Positions 29,598 through 40,128 of a stretch of 49,973 bases of DNA are shown here, piece by piece. Positions within the stretch are counted from its first letter, which is position 1; each line of letters opens with the position of its first letter. The notes under the pieces were generated by a model. It was not told where the DNA came from and ran no database searches. It saw nothing but the letters and a program-made list of their open reading frames with translations. Location of the stretch: sequence record DRR723986_6330; one strand, 5' to 3'. Made by a program: the position numbers and the translations under genes.

Positions 29598-31265
29598 GAA
29601 GGCGCCGAGCATCGTGACTAGGAAGCCGGTCAATCCCATCAGCGTCAGCGCTACGGAGAAGGACTTGAGAGTCTGAACGGGGGTCATTCCGGTCATGGTG
29701 GCCACCTGCCAAAAACCACTGTCGTTCATCCAGGGCAGCGGCTTCGAACCGCAACCGATCGCCAGAGCGACGTAAATTGGATGGAACGGTAACTCCATAC
29801 CGTCGGCCAAGACCGGTGAAATGATCGAGGCGGATGTGATCATCGCCACGGTAGCGCTTCCTTGGGCGGCGCGAATAATCGTAGTCAGCACAAAGGCAGT
29901 TGTCAGCAAGCCCCAGGGGGAAGCGAAGCTGCCAAAGCTAATGCTGATTGCGCCCGCAAGATCAAGCTGCTGCAATGACGCCCCGAAGGCTCCACCGGCG
30001 CACGTCAGCAGGACGATTGTGCCCGCGTCCGAAATCGCTTTCGCAACAGATGCACTTGCGTGTTTTGCCGTCGTGTAGCGTCGCAGGATCGCAATCGAAA
30101 TCAGTGCCGTTACGATAAAGACGATTGACGGATTCTTGGCGAGCAACAGCAAGCCGTACCACGAGGGGGACTGATCATTGCGTTCGCCGAGCCAGTACAG
30201 CGTGAGCTCACTGTATGCCAACAAGAAAATTGGAAAGGCGATCGGGATAGCAGCTAACCACAGAGGTGGTGCTGGCCGTTCGGCTGCCGAAGATGTAGCT
30301 TCTTCCTCCGTTTGTTCGAGACTGGCCCGCAATTGCTCATCGGAGAAGTTCACCCATTTGCGGCACGCCATACCGTAAAGAAAGCCAACGATGGCGGCCG
30401 ATCCGCCCACGCAAAGGCCGCCGACCATGAACATGCCAACACTCACATCCATTAATCCCGCCACCAACAATGGCCCCGGAGTAGGTGGTACAAGCGAGTG
30501 CGCCATGGTAGCGCCCACGATGATTGCCATCACGCTTGAAAGGAACAATTCGCTTCGTCGTCTACCAACCGCCTTGGCGAGCGGTAGCAAGAGATAGAAG
30601 ACGTTGTCGAAATATACTGGCACGCCCAAGACGAAGGCGCTGACGGTCATGGCCGGAGCAGTTCCGCGAGGCCCGAACATGCCGGTGATCAATTGAACTA
30701 GTCGCCCAGCCGCACCACTTTCTAGCAAGCATATTCCAACGATCGCGGCCATCGTGACCGGAATCCCCAGCTTGGAAAAAGTCTTTGCAAATCCTTGCGT
30801 TAGGGCCGAGCCGATTCTGGCAAACCGATCCGTAATGACCTCTTCGTAGACTTCCCAAGGGGCAACTTTGCAACCGATCCCCGGGGTCGCGCTCTCGACG
30901 ATGGTTTCGCCGTCTGCGGTGACTTTCTCAAAAGAAGTCTTATAGATGTAGCGTTTTCTTCCGTCCGGCCCGTACGAGGAGGGCTCGGAGATGGTCACTC
31001 GCATGGCATTCCTGATCGAGTCGCCGCTCCACAGAGCGTACTCGCCTGCGGGAATCTCATGGTCGAGTGTGAAGCTCGCTCCTTCAACATCGACGGACTC
31101 GTGAATTTTCCCTTTGGTCGCAACACTTAGTCGCGTTTCATCGGGAGTCGCCAGTAGCAGTAATGCACTTCCCAGCAGCAGCGCGATCAGCGGGTGGAGC
31201 CGCAGTATGAGGATGGCAAACAGGACAAACAGGACGCCCAGTCCACCGATGATAAGTACACTCAT
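29580..31265 (-). CDS. GntP family sugar-acid permease with an inserted soluble domain
   Basis: LESGAA, PVYFD, HSLVPPTPGP, AQGSATVA and WMNDSGFW. Confidence 0.9.
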   Translation of the reverse strand: MSVLIIGGLGVLFVLFAILILRLHPLIALLLGSALLLLATPDETRLSVATKGKIHESVDVEGASFTLDHEIPAGEYALWSGDSIRNAMRVTISEPSSYGPDGRKRYIYKTSFEKVTADGETIVESATPGIGCKVAPWEVYEEVITDRFARIGSALTQGFAKTFSKLGIPVTMAAIVGICLLESGAAGRLVQLITGMFGPRGTAPAMTVSAFVLGVPVYFDNVFYLLLPLAKAVGRRRSELFLSSVMAIIVGATMAHSLVPPTPGPLLVAGLMDVSVGMFMVGGLCVGGSAAIVGFLYGMACRKWVNFSDEQLRASLEQTEEEATSSAAERPAPPLWLAAIPIAFPIFLLAYSELTLYWLGERNDQSPSWYGLLLLAKNPSIVFIVTALISIAILRRYTTAKHASASVAKAISDAGTIVLLTCAGGAFGASLQQLDLAGAISISFGSFASPWGLLTTAFVLTTIIRAAQGSATVAMITSASIISPVLADGMELPFHPIYVALAIGCGSKPLPWMNDSGFWQVATMTGMTPVQTLKSFSVALTLMGLTGFLVTMLGAFLIPLV

Positions 31266-31479
31266 TTCTTTCCGCTCGCATCCGCCAATGGGCTTTGTCG
31301 TTGCCAGTGGACGGAGTAATCGCCACTGCTACTTTCGAAAGGTCGTCACAGAGTGTAGCGTATGTGCTCACGCGGTGCCCCACGATGAGACTCGTCAGCA
31401 CGCATCGCATCGAAATTAGATCGCTCTGGAAAATCGCCCGTGAAAAGCAGCGGCGCAGAATCCTCAGGAATGAATTTTC

Positions 31480-33219
31480 ATGACAGACAACCAGAACAAA
31501 TCACGTGACCCGAAATCGCTGCGGAGTGCTCGCTGGTTTGCTCCGGACGATTTGCGTTCCTTCGGGCATCGCTCGCGCATGAAACAAATGGGCTTGGACG
31601 ATGCGGATTTTCGCGACAAGCCGATCATCGGGATCCTGAACACCTGGAGCGATCTGAACACTTGCCACTCTCATTTTAAGGAGCGTGCTGAAGATGTTCG
31701 CCGCGGAATTCTTCAGGCAGGCGGCTTCCCGGTTGAAGTGCCCGTGATGAGCCTGGGCGAGATGATGATGAAGCCCTCAACGATGCTCTATCGCAATATG
31801 CTCGCGATGGAAGCGGAAGAGGTGCTTCGGTGCCATCCAATCGATTCCGCAGTCTTGATGGGCGGCTGCGACAAGACGGTTCCAGCGCTGATCATGGGGG
31901 CCATTTCCGCCAATATCCCCAGCGTGTTCCTGCCCGCAGGTCCTATGTTGAAGGCTCGCTGGCGCAATGAAACGCTGGGAAGCGGCTCGGATGTATGGAA
32001 GTATTGGGCCGAACGTTGCGCTGGCAACCTGTGTGACGGTGATTGGGGCGAAATCGAAGATTGCATCGGCCGTTCTGCAGGCACCTGCATGACGATGGGA
32101 ACTGCCAGCACAATGGCTTGCATCGCAGAGGCTCTGGGCATGAGTATGCCCGGAAGCGCGTGTGTGCCGGCGGTTGTCGCCGAGCACTCTCGGCTGGCTG
32201 TTGCGACGGGACGCCGAGCCGTGGAGATGGCTTGGGAGCAGCTCAAGCCAAAGCAGATCGTTACCTCGGAAGCGATCGACAACGCGATTATGACTCAGCT
32301 TACCATTGGCGGTTCGACGAACGCGATTGTCCACATCTTGGCGATGGCTCGTCGAGCTGGAGTGCCACTGACGCTCGACCGATTCGACGAACTATCGAAG
32401 AAAGTGCCCGTGCTCGGCGACTTGAGGCCCGGCGGCCGTTTTCTGATGGAAGACTTCCACAATGCCGGCGGACTTGGTGGTCTGCTTAACCGGCTGAAAG
32501 ACTTGCTCAACACCGATTGCATTACCGTTACCGGTCGCAGTCTGGGGGACGAGATCGCCGACCGAATTGTGCACGATGATGAAGTGATTCGTTTGCGTGA
32601 AAATCCCGTTTCGCCCAGCGGTGGAACCTGCGTGCTCCGTGGGAATCTAGCGCCTGACGGTTGTGTGATCAAGAGTGTCGCGGCCGACCCACGCTTGGTG
32701 AAACATCGTGGCAAAGCGGTTGTATTCGACAACTACCCTGACTTGAAAGAGAAGATTAACGATCCGGATCTGGATGTTGACGCGGATAGCGTCTTGATCC
32801 TGCGAAGTGCAGGGCCGTTGGGAGCACCTGGATTTCCGGAGTGGGGAATGCTACCGATTCCCAACAAGCTGTTGAAGCAGGGCGTGCGTGACATGGTGCG
32901 AATTTCGGACGCTCGGATGAGCGGCACAAGTTATGGGACTTGCGTGTTGCATGTCTCGCCCGAGTCGTACGCTGGTGGTCCGTTGGCCTTGGTTCAGACC
33001 GGCGACGAAATTGAACTGGACATCGAGAATCGCAAAATCCACTGGCACGTCAGCGATGACGAGATCGCACGTCGCAAGGCCGCTTGGCAACCACCTCAGG
33101 AGCGGTTTTCTCGGGGCTACAATGCCATGTTCGCTCGGCACGTGACACAGGCACACGAAGGGTGCGATTTCGATTTCTTGGAAGGCAACACGCCGGACTA
33201 CGAACCCGACATCTTCTAG
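31480..33219 (+). CDS. araD: IlvD/Edd family sugar-acid dehydratase (L-arabinonate dehydratase-like)
   Basis: GGCDKT, GTCMTMGTASTM, GGSTN, GFPEWG and SDARMSGTSYG. Substrate not determinable from sequence. Confidence 0.85.
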   Translation: MTDNQNKSRDPKSLRSARWFAPDDLRSFGHRSRMKQMGLDDADFRDKPIIGILNTWSDLNTCHSHFKERAEDVRRGILQAGGFPVEVPVMSLGEMMMKPSTMLYRNMLAMEAEEVLRCHPIDSAVLMGGCDKTVPALIMGAISANIPSVFLPAGPMLKARWRNETLGSGSDVWKYWAERCAGNLCDGDWGEIEDCIGRSAGTCMTMGTASTMACIAEALGMSMPGSACVPAVVAEHSRLAVATGRRAVEMAWEQLKPKQIVTSEAIDNAIMTQLTIGGSTNAIVHILAMARRAGVPLTLDRFDELSKKVPVLGDLRPGGRFLMEDFHNAGGLGGLLNRLKDLLNTDCITVTGRSLGDEIADRIVHDDEVIRLRENPVSPSGGTCVLRGNLAPDGCVIKSVAADPRLVKHRGKAVVFDNYPDLKEKINDPDLDVDADSVLILRSAGPLGAPGFPEWGMLPIPNKLLKQGVRDMVRISDARMSGTSYGTCVLHVSPESYAGGPLALVQTGDEIELDIENRKIHWHVSDDEIARRKAAWQPPQERFSRGYNAMFARHVTQAHEGCDFDFLEGNTPDYEPDIF

Positions 33220-33391
33220 GTCGCAGTAGGGCGGGACTTGTTGGACTGCGGGGTTTCCTGGATCGGGCCTGCGGTTAAAATTGCGCGGCTCGCTAGGCGG
33301 TCCATCCGCAAGCGTCAGTGCTAGCAACCAAGATAGGGAGCCGGATTTGGGCTCCCTCATTATTCTAAACCTCACTCACGAGATGTTTCCC

Positions 33392-34084
33392 ATGACAACT
33401 TTCGCCTCACGTTTCATTGGCAGCTTCATGATTGCTGCAACAGCTTTCACGTGCCCTTCGATCGCCCAAGAAACCTCTACTGAGTCTGCCACCAAGGTTC
33501 AGGACAAGAAGGTTGAAGACAATGCAGAGAAGAAACAGGAAGACGTCCGAATCTTGATGAAGACGTCCAAGGGGACAATTCGCCTAACCGTTTACGCGAG
33601 CAAGACACCCAAGACAGCCGCAAACTTTCTGAATCTCGTTTCCCGCGGCTATTACGACGGTTTGGTTTTTCACCGAGTGATTCCAGATTTCATGATCCAG
33701 GGCGGGTGCCCAAATGGGAATGGAAGAGGCGGCCCTGGTTACAAGTTCGGCGACGAAACGTTGCGAGAGCTGAAGCACGACCGTCCGGGAATTCTCTCAA
33801 TGGCAAACTCTGACCCACGTGGCAAGCGGCCGTACTCCAACGCTGGCCGCACCAACGGTAGTCAGTTTTTCATTACTCACGTCGCAACCCCATGGCTCGA
33901 CGGACTTCACACGGTCTTTGGTAGCGTGGTTGACCAAAAAGATCAAAAAGTCGTCAACCAAATCTCGGGCGGTGACAAGATCGAAAAGATTCTGATCGTC
34001 GACGAGAAAGCGGCGAAGATGCTACTTGAATCGCACAAGAAAGACGTCGAAGCTTGGAACAAAATTCTGGACGCGAAAAAATAA
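33392..34084 (+). CDS. cyclophilin-type peptidyl-prolyl isomerase, exported
   Basis: Signal-like N-terminus, FHRVIPDFMIQGG, LSMAN, GSQFFIT and WLDGLHTVFG. Start 33383 or 33392. Confidence 0.92.
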   Translation: MTTFASRFIGSFMIAATAFTCPSIAQETSTESATKVQDKKVEDNAEKKQEDVRILMKTSKGTIRLTVYASKTPKTAANFLNLVSRGYYDGLVFHRVIPDFMIQGGCPNGNGRGGPGYKFGDETLRELKHDRPGILSMANSDPRGKRPYSNAGRTNGSQFFITHVATPWLDGLHTVFGSVVDQKDQKVVNQISGGDKIEKILIVDEKAAKMLLESHKKDVEAWNKILDAKK

Positions 34085-34183
34085 CACGACGTTCCATCGT
34101 CACCAGGAACTACTGACAAAGGTAAATTCAAGGTGTCAGTCAACCTGGCCGACGCTCGGATCAATCAACAACAGGATAAACAA

Positions 34184-34672
34184 ATGGTTACGCTCAAGAC
34201 GAGTCATGGTGATATTTCGGTCGAACTGATGGCGGATGAAGCGCCGGTCAGTACTGAGAACTTTCTAGCCTACGCGAAGGAAGGACATTACGACGGGACG
34301 ATTTTCCATCGTGTCATTCCCGGCTTTATGATCCAAGGTGGTGGCTTCACGCCGGACATGCAACAGAAAGCCACCAAACCGCCCATCGCCAACGAAGCAG
34401 GAAACGGTGTGCAGAATGCAAAGTATACCTTAGCAATGGCTCGCACCAGCGTTCCGGATAGCGCGACGTGTCAGTTCTTTATCAATGTCTCGGACAATCG
34501 TTTCCTCGACCGCGATCAATCGCAAGATGGCGTCGGTTACGCTGTCTTCGGAAAAGTGACCGCTGGAGAAGAAGTTGTCGACAAAATCGCAGCCGTTGCG
34601 ACTGGCGTTCAAAAGGGCATGCAAGATGTCCCGAACGAAGCAGTCACCATCGAATCTGTCATCATTGACTGA
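34184..34672 (+). CDS. cyclophilin-type peptidyl-prolyl isomerase, cytoplasmic (PpiB-like)
   Basis: AGGA SD before ATG 34184. [24 protein letters not shown] and GYAVFGKV. Confidence 0.93.
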   Translation: MVTLKTSHGDISVELMADEAPVSTENFLAYAKEGHYDGTIFHRVIPGFMIQGGGFTPDMQQKATKPPIANEAGNGVQNAKYTLAMARTSVPDSATCQFFINVSDNRFLDRDQSQDGVGYAVFGKVTAGEEVVDKIAAVATGVQKGMQDVPNEAVTIESVIID

Positions 34673-34776
34673 TCGGTTTCGACTGTTCGGTTTTGACTGA
34701 TTGGCTGGATTCCGAGCGCAGGCCATTCTGCTTGACTGGCCTAGGGCGAATCACACTTCAAGCAGACTCAACAGAC

Positions 34777-34818
34777 CGGAGGGGCCACGACTAGTTCGTT
34801 GAGCCACTCCGTTTTTTT
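34777..34818 (+). terminator. intrinsic terminator
   Basis: CGGAGGGGC...GCCACTCCG stem followed by T7, about 105 bp after the second cyclophilin gene. Confidence 0.7.
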
Positions 34819-34944
34819 ATGTTCCCACCTTCAGCTCAGTCCGTTTCCACTGCTTGTCCAGGCTGAGCAACACTGATGGATTCGGTATACGCTACGATGT
34901 AGACATCCTCCCAAGCGGGAAACCATTTCTATTCGGAGCAAGTT

Positions 34945-36033
34945 GTGAAATCGTTGAGACTCACGCCGCTATTCCTGCTGGTCGCGTTGCTGGCTGCCGT
35001 ATCGACAGCTTCGGAACGCCTTCGGTTAGCAGCGGGCAATGAAATCACAATATGGCACGATGATGCACTCGAGTTTGGGCACCTTGGGGGACACCCGCAA
35101 AAGTGGGTGAACATCTTGGGGCACGCTCACCCCGCCGAGCTCACCCGCCTAGAATTTCGCCTCAACGCTGGTGATTGGAAAAACTTAAACTGGCGAGAAG
35201 ACCGCAAACGTCTGGCCAGTGATGGTGACTTCAACGTTGAAATCGACCGCAACGAATTGAAGACTGGCGCAAACGAAGTCACCATTCGAGCAGCTTACGG
35301 TGATCAGAAGACCGTCGAAAAGAGTGTCAGCGTGACGTATACGAAACCTGACGGAAAGTGGCCACTACCTTACTCTGTCGATTGGGATGAAGTCGAGAAG
35401 ATTACCGATGCTGTCCAAGTTGTCGACGGGCAGTGGGAATTGACCGACGACGGCGTGCGGACGAGCAACCGGTACTACGATCGCGTGCTGGCTTTCGGCG
35501 ATGATTCGTGGCGCGACTACGAAGTGACAACGCGTGTCAAGGTCCACGCCCTTACGGGGCCACGTGAAGGGCCCAATCAGACTGGCGTGACGCACGCTGC
35601 CATCGCGCTACGCTGGCCCGGGCACGATGCTGACGGCAAGCAACCTTCTGTAAAGTGGCATCCACTTGGTGCGACCGCAGAATTTCGCTTGGGTAAGTCG
35701 CTCCAGCAATGTCGCTGGCGCATATTTGATGGCCAGCGAAAATACTACGCGGAATCAAAGCGACGGCGCAAGCTTGAGTTCGAGATTTGGTATTCGATGA
35801 AACATCGCGTTACAACACTCAGCGACGGCAGTTCGCTCTTTCAAGTGAAACTTTGGCCCGCCGAAGAGCATGAACCAACCGAGTGGGACTTCCAACGGAC
35901 TGAACCCAAGGATGACGTACCGACAGGATCCGCGCTGCTGCTGGCGCATCATAGCGATGTGACTTTCGGCAATATCATCGCGGCCCCCATAACAACTTCA
36001 AACAACCGTGCGACCACTCCAACCAAAGAGTAG
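34945..36033 (+). CDS. exported hypothetical beta-rich protein (possible Ig-like plus lectin-like domains)
   Basis: Signal peptide and Trp-rich beta-type sequence (VVDGQW, WRDYEVT, VKLWP). Lies 21 bp upstream of a sulfatase. Confidence 0.75.
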   Translation: MKSLRLTPLFLLVALLAAVSTASERLRLAAGNEITIWHDDALEFGHLGGHPQKWVNILGHAHPAELTRLEFRLNAGDWKNLNWREDRKRLASDGDFNVEIDRNELKTGANEVTIRAAYGDQKTVEKSVSVTYTKPDGKWPLPYSVDWDEVEKITDAVQVVDGQWELTDDGVRTSNRYYDRVLAFGDDSWRDYEVTTRVKVHALTGPREGPNQTGVTHAAIALRWPGHDADGKQPSVKWHPLGATAEFRLGKSLQQCRWRIFDGQRKYYAESKRRRKLEFEIWYSMKHRVTTLSDGSSLFQVKLWPAEEHEPTEWDFQRTEPKDDVPTGSALLLAHHSDVTFGNIIAAPITTSNNRATTPTKE

Positions 36034-36054
36034 GCTCTCGCGACTGACTGGAAC

Positions 36055-37533
36055 ATGCTTATGCCCCCGAGATTTATTCCAAAATCATTGGTTTTCGTAC
36101 CCCTTGTCCTTGCTGCCTTCAGCTTTTCGTGCTCTTGCACGCAAGCCGAGTCGCGTTCTGAGCAGCCCCACATTGTGTTCATTATGGTGGACGATATGGG
36201 CTACGGGGATCCAGGGTGTTTCAATCCTGAATCGAAAATCCGGACGCCAAACATTGATTCAGTAGCCACGAATGGACTGCGTTTCACCGATGCCCACGCA
36301 CCAGGGCCACTTTGCCACATGTCACGGTACGGATTGATGACTGGCAAGTATCCGTTTCGTACCAACGTTGGCGTCTGGCCCAAGAAACCGCTGATTGCAC
36401 CGGGGCAAACAACGGTTGCCTCGATGCTGCACTCGCAAGGATACAAGACCGCCATGGTCGGAAAGTGGCACCTTGGCTTTGCAGAAAACGGATACAACAA
36501 AGCGCTGCCCGGCGGCCCTGTCGATGTTGGCTTCGATTCCTTCTTTGGCATTCGCGCATCGACTGACATTCCACCCTACTTCTATATTCGTGACCGCCAT
36601 GCCGTAAAGCCACCGACCGAACCGATTGCCGCCAAGAGCACCCCCGGCTGGTCGCCCATTCAAGGTGAGTTCTGGCGTGAGGGACTGATTGCGAAGGATA
36701 TGGAATTGCACGATGTGCTCCCCCGATTCACTGACGAAGCCATCGAAGTGATTGAGCAGAGTGATGCGTCGGAACCGATGTTTCTGTATTTGGCTTATCC
36801 CGCCCCTCACACCCCATGGCTGCCGTCTGAGGAGTTTGCCGGCAAAAGCAAAGCGGGGCTGTATGGCGATTTCGCTGAGATGGTAGACAGCGAGATTGGA
36901 CGCGTTCTTGCGGCTCTGAACGATAGCGGGCATGCTGAGAACACTTTGCTGATCATCACCAGCGACAACGGGCCAGTTTGGTACGAAGTCGATGTCGAGA
37001 AATTTGGGCACGCCAGCGTTGGGCCATTACGAGGAATGAAGGCCGATGCTTGGGAAGGAGGTCACCGGATGCCCATGGTTGTCAGTTGGCCAGGTGTGGT
37101 CGAGGCAGGTGGCAAGAGTGATCGCTTGGTATCGTTTGTTGACGTTTTCGCGACGCTAGCCGATGTCACCGAGTACGAACTCATGGATTCGGATTGCCCA
37201 GATAGCTTCAGTTTCGCTGATCAACTGAGTGCGAAGTTCGCGGTCGAAAGTCCACGACGGGAGCTGGCCTTGAAATCGGGCAGAGGCCTGATGGTATTTC
37301 GCGACGCAGCCAACAAACTAATCGACGGCCCCGGTTCAGGAGGTTTCTCAGGTGGCCGCGGTGCGAAACGCCGCAATACTGCTGCTAATGCAAAGGAATA
37401 CCAACTCTACGACCTAGCCAGCGACCTGGGAGAATCAAACAACCTGGCCGCCGACTCACCGGAACGGGTTGAGACAATGCTGAAGCGGCTGCGAGCGGTC
37501 GAAGATGCTGCAGGACACCGATTCATGCAGTAG
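36055..37533 (+). CDS. arylsulfatase family (S1) sulfatase
   Basis: IMVDDMGYGD, signature LCHMSRYGLMTG, GKWHLG, PHTP, SDNG and WEGGHR. Confidence 0.9.
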   Translation: MLMPPRFIPKSLVFVPLVLAAFSFSCSCTQAESRSEQPHIVFIMVDDMGYGDPGCFNPESKIRTPNIDSVATNGLRFTDAHAPGPLCHMSRYGLMTGKYPFRTNVGVWPKKPLIAPGQTTVASMLHSQGYKTAMVGKWHLGFAENGYNKALPGGPVDVGFDSFFGIRASTDIPPYFYIRDRHAVKPPTEPIAAKSTPGWSPIQGEFWREGLIAKDMELHDVLPRFTDEAIEVIEQSDASEPMFLYLAYPAPHTPWLPSEEFAGKSKAGLYGDFAEMVDSEIGRVLAALNDSGHAENTLLIITSDNGPVWYEVDVEKFGHASVGPLRGMKADAWEGGHRMPMVVSWPGVVEAGGKSDRLVSFVDVFATLADVTEYELMDSDCPDSFSFADQLSAKFAVESPRRELALKSGRGLMVFRDAANKLIDGPGSGGFSGGRGAKRRNTAANAKEYQLYDLASDLGESNNLAADSPERVETMLKRLRAVEDAAGHRFMQ

Positions 37534-37634
37534 TCGTTTTCTTCAGGAATTAGACTCGATCTCCGCTCGCGAATCACGCAGTCTTTTATCGCTCCAACAA
37601 CAGAGAAAAACACTTCGAACTTACAACACGTGGA

Positions 37635-38357
37635 ATGAATCAAACGATGAAGAACTCCAATCCAACGGCCCATCTTCCTGCACTCGCCCGTCTCCTCTCG
37701 GGAGCTCTCGCGGTTGCTGCGCTATCGCTAACATTCGTTGCAACGACCGGTTGCCAGGGAACAACGTCTGACACAGCCGATTCTATGACAGCGGGCTCAG
37801 GGGGCGGTAATAGCGAACAATCCGATGGCGAGCAATCCGATGGCGAACAATCCGACGGCGACGCCAACGCTGCGACTGCCAGCACAGCGGATGCCAGTGT
37901 GGATGTTGAGCTGGCTGACTATGACGGCGTTATGAAATTCGTCGCCGCCTCGACAGGTAAGGTCGTCGTGCTGGACGTTTGGAGTACTTCCTGTCTGCCA
38001 TGCATGCAAGAGTTTCCCAACCTTGTCGAGTTGAGCAAGAAGTATCCTGAGCAAGTACAATGCGTTTCACTCAACGTGGACTATATCGGTTTGAAGAAAA
38101 AGGGCCCGGAAACATACGTCCCGGCAGTCGAAAAATTCCTGACCGCACAGAAAGCACAGCTCAAGAATTTCGTCTCCACAGAATCTGATGAGGCGACGCG
38201 TGAGCACTTCGGCATTGGCGCGATTCCCGCAATCGTGGTCTACGGACCAGACGGTACGGTCGCCGGAACTCTGACAGATTCGAACGCTGCCGGCGATGGC
38301 CTGAGCTACGAGACGGATGTAATTCCACTAGTGGAAAAGCTGCTCGCATCCGAGTAG
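37635..38357 (+). CDS. TlpA-like thioredoxin lipoprotein
   Basis: Signal peptide ending TGC, WSTSCLPC active site and AIP cis-Pro loop. Confidence 0.85.
   Translation: MNQTMKNSNPTAHLPALARLLSGALAVAALSLTFVATTGCQGTTSDTADSMTAGSGGGNSEQSDGEQSDGEQSDGDANAATASTADASVDVELADYDGVMKFVAASTGKVVVLDVWSTSCLPCMQEFPNLVELSKKYPEQVQCVSLNVDYIGLKKKGPETYVPAVEKFLTAQKAQLKNFVSTESDEATREHFGIGAIPAIVVYGPDGTVAGTLTDSNAAGDGLSYETDVIPLVEKLLASE
37813..37860 (+). repeat. 15-bp in-frame tandem repeat x3 (EQSDG)
   Basis: GCGAACAATCCGATG / GCGAGCAATCCGATG / GCGAACAATCCGACG. Confidence 0.85.
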
Positions 38358-38417
38358 CTATAGCAAGTCCCTCAAGGCCAGCTTTCCTGCCAGCCTAACT
38401 CAACAGGATTTATCACC

Positions 38418-40088
38418 ATGATTCATCTGAATCGGTCCATGGTCAAGCGGCTGAGCGTTCTGCTCCTTTTTACGGTGGCGTGCAGCTCGGCGCCTCAAGA
38501 TGTAGCTGCCCAGAACAAAACGTCCGAGGAGGTCACAACACCTGTTCAGCGTGGCGCGAGCAAGGGGAAGGCCGAGCAGCGGCCCAATATCGTTTTTGCT
38601 TTCGCTGACGATTGGGGGCGATACGCAAGCAGCTACGCAAAAGTTGAACCTGGTGGCCCTTCGGATATCGTCGAGACTCCAAATTTTGATTCGGTCGCTA
38701 ACGATGGCGTCTTGTTCACTCAGGCCTACGTGAACGCGCCGAGCTGTACGCCCTGTCGCAGTTCATTGTTGTCGGGACAATATTTCTGGCGAACCGGTCG
38801 TGGTGCGATTCTGCAAGGTGCGATTTGGGATCCGAAGATTCCTACTTACCCACTCCTGCTTGAGCGGGCACGGTATCGCATCGGGCATACCTACAAAGTC
38901 TGGAGTCCCGGGACGCCCAGAGATGCTCCGCATGGTGGGGAGCGAACTCGTTTCGCAAAAGCGGGCGGACGATTCAATGGGTTTTCGCAGTTTGTTGCGC
39001 GATCAGACGACAAGGAAGCCGCCAAGCAGAAGCTGCTTGATGAAGTTCGGCAGAATTTCGAGCAGTTCTTAGATTCCAGTGGCGATGGCCCCTTCTGCTA
39101 CTGGTTCGGTCCAACGAATTGCCATCGGAAGTGGATCAAGGGCTCGGGCAAAGACCACTGGGGACTGGATCCCGATGACTTGAAGGGAAAGCTGCCCAAA
39201 TTCCTGCCTGATGTCCCCGAAGTGCGACAGGACTTCTGTGATTACCTGGGCGAGGTACAGGCCTTTGATGCGGGACTCGGTGTGCTACTTCAAGAGCTGG
39301 ACCGACGCGGCCTGACGGAAAATACGATCGTCGTCGTCAGTGGTGACCACGGAATCCCCGGCATCCCGAGAGGTAAATGCAACCTCTATGATTTGGGAAC
39401 ACAAGTGCCGCTGGCGATTCGATGGCCAAAGAAGGTACCGGGAAAACGCATTGTTCAAGATTTCGTTTGCCTGCCTGACCTCGCCCCAACCCTACTTGAA
39501 CTTGCTGGGCAATCGCCACCGGCAGTGATGACCGGGCGTAGCCTAAAAGACGTTCTGCTGTCCGATGCCGAAGGAGTTGTTGATTCTTCACGTGACGCCG
39601 TTATCGTCGGTCGTGAGCGGCACGTCGCAAAAGCACGTCGTGGCAACCTGCCTTACCCGCAACGAGCGATCCGAACGAAGAACTACCTCTACATCCGCAA
39701 TTTTGAACCTGACCGCTATGCGATGGGGAATGCTCCTGGATTCGGCCTTCCGGACGGAGAAATGCCGACTTGGAAGCCGCTGCAGGAAAACACTTTCGCG
39801 GCATTCGGTGATTTGGATGCGAGCCCGACAAAGGCCTGGATGCTGACCAACCTCGATCAGCCTTCGGTGCGAAACATGGTTGAGCTCACGATGGGATTGC
39901 GACCTGCGGAAGAACTCTACTACTTGCCCGACGATCCCGACCACATGAAGAACCTCGCCGAGCAGTCATCGCACGCATCGATCAAAGCCAACCTCTCGGC
40001 GCGTCTGATGAAGGTCTTGCGAGAGACTGGCGACCCACGCGTGATGAGCGATCCAATCATATTTGAGGCTTCGCCATTCACTGACTAG
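38418..40088 (+). CDS. sulfatase (sulfamidase / heparan N-sulfatase-like)
   Basis: FAFADDWG, canonical CTPCR signature, [16 protein letters not shown] and YPQRAIR. Confidence 0.9.
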   Translation: MIHLNRSMVKRLSVLLLFTVACSSAPQDVAAQNKTSEEVTTPVQRGASKGKAEQRPNIVFAFADDWGRYASSYAKVEPGGPSDIVETPNFDSVANDGVLFTQAYVNAPSCTPCRSSLLSGQYFWRTGRGAILQGAIWDPKIPTYPLLLERARYRIGHTYKVWSPGTPRDAPHGGERTRFAKAGGRFNGFSQFVARSDDKEAAKQKLLDEVRQNFEQFLDSSGDGPFCYWFGPTNCHRKWIKGSGKDHWGLDPDDLKGKLPKFLPDVPEVRQDFCDYLGEVQAFDAGLGVLLQELDRRGLTENTIVVVSGDHGIPGIPRGKCNLYDLGTQVPLAIRWPKKVPGKRIVQDFVCLPDLAPTLLELAGQSPPAVMTGRSLKDVLLSDAEGVVDSSRDAVIVGRERHVAKARRGNLPYPQRAIRTKNYLYIRNFEPDRYAMGNAPGFGLPDGEMPTWKPLQENTFAAFGDLDASPTKAWMLTNLDQPSVRNMVELTMGLRPAEELYYLPDDPDHMKNLAEQSSHASIKANLSARLMKVLRETGDPRVMSDPIIFEASPFTD

Positions 40089-40128
40089 CCTTGGGGCGAA
40101 CAGCCTGCTTTGGCTTTGGTCGATCAAC

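Noticed and set aside
33222-33250. GTAGGGCGGG after the dehydratase as a further REP copy
   Set aside because: Only the first ~10 bp match and the REP palindrome arm is missing.
33392-34672. Tandem cyclophilins as a recent duplication
   Set aside because: They are divergent subtypes (exported versus cytoplasmic), which is an unremarkable arrangement.
36322-37011. 229-aa antisense ORF and similar long antisense frames (e.g. 7246..7842, 31777..32334)
   Set aside because: They lie fully opposite well-supported genes, as expected from GC-rich codon bias.
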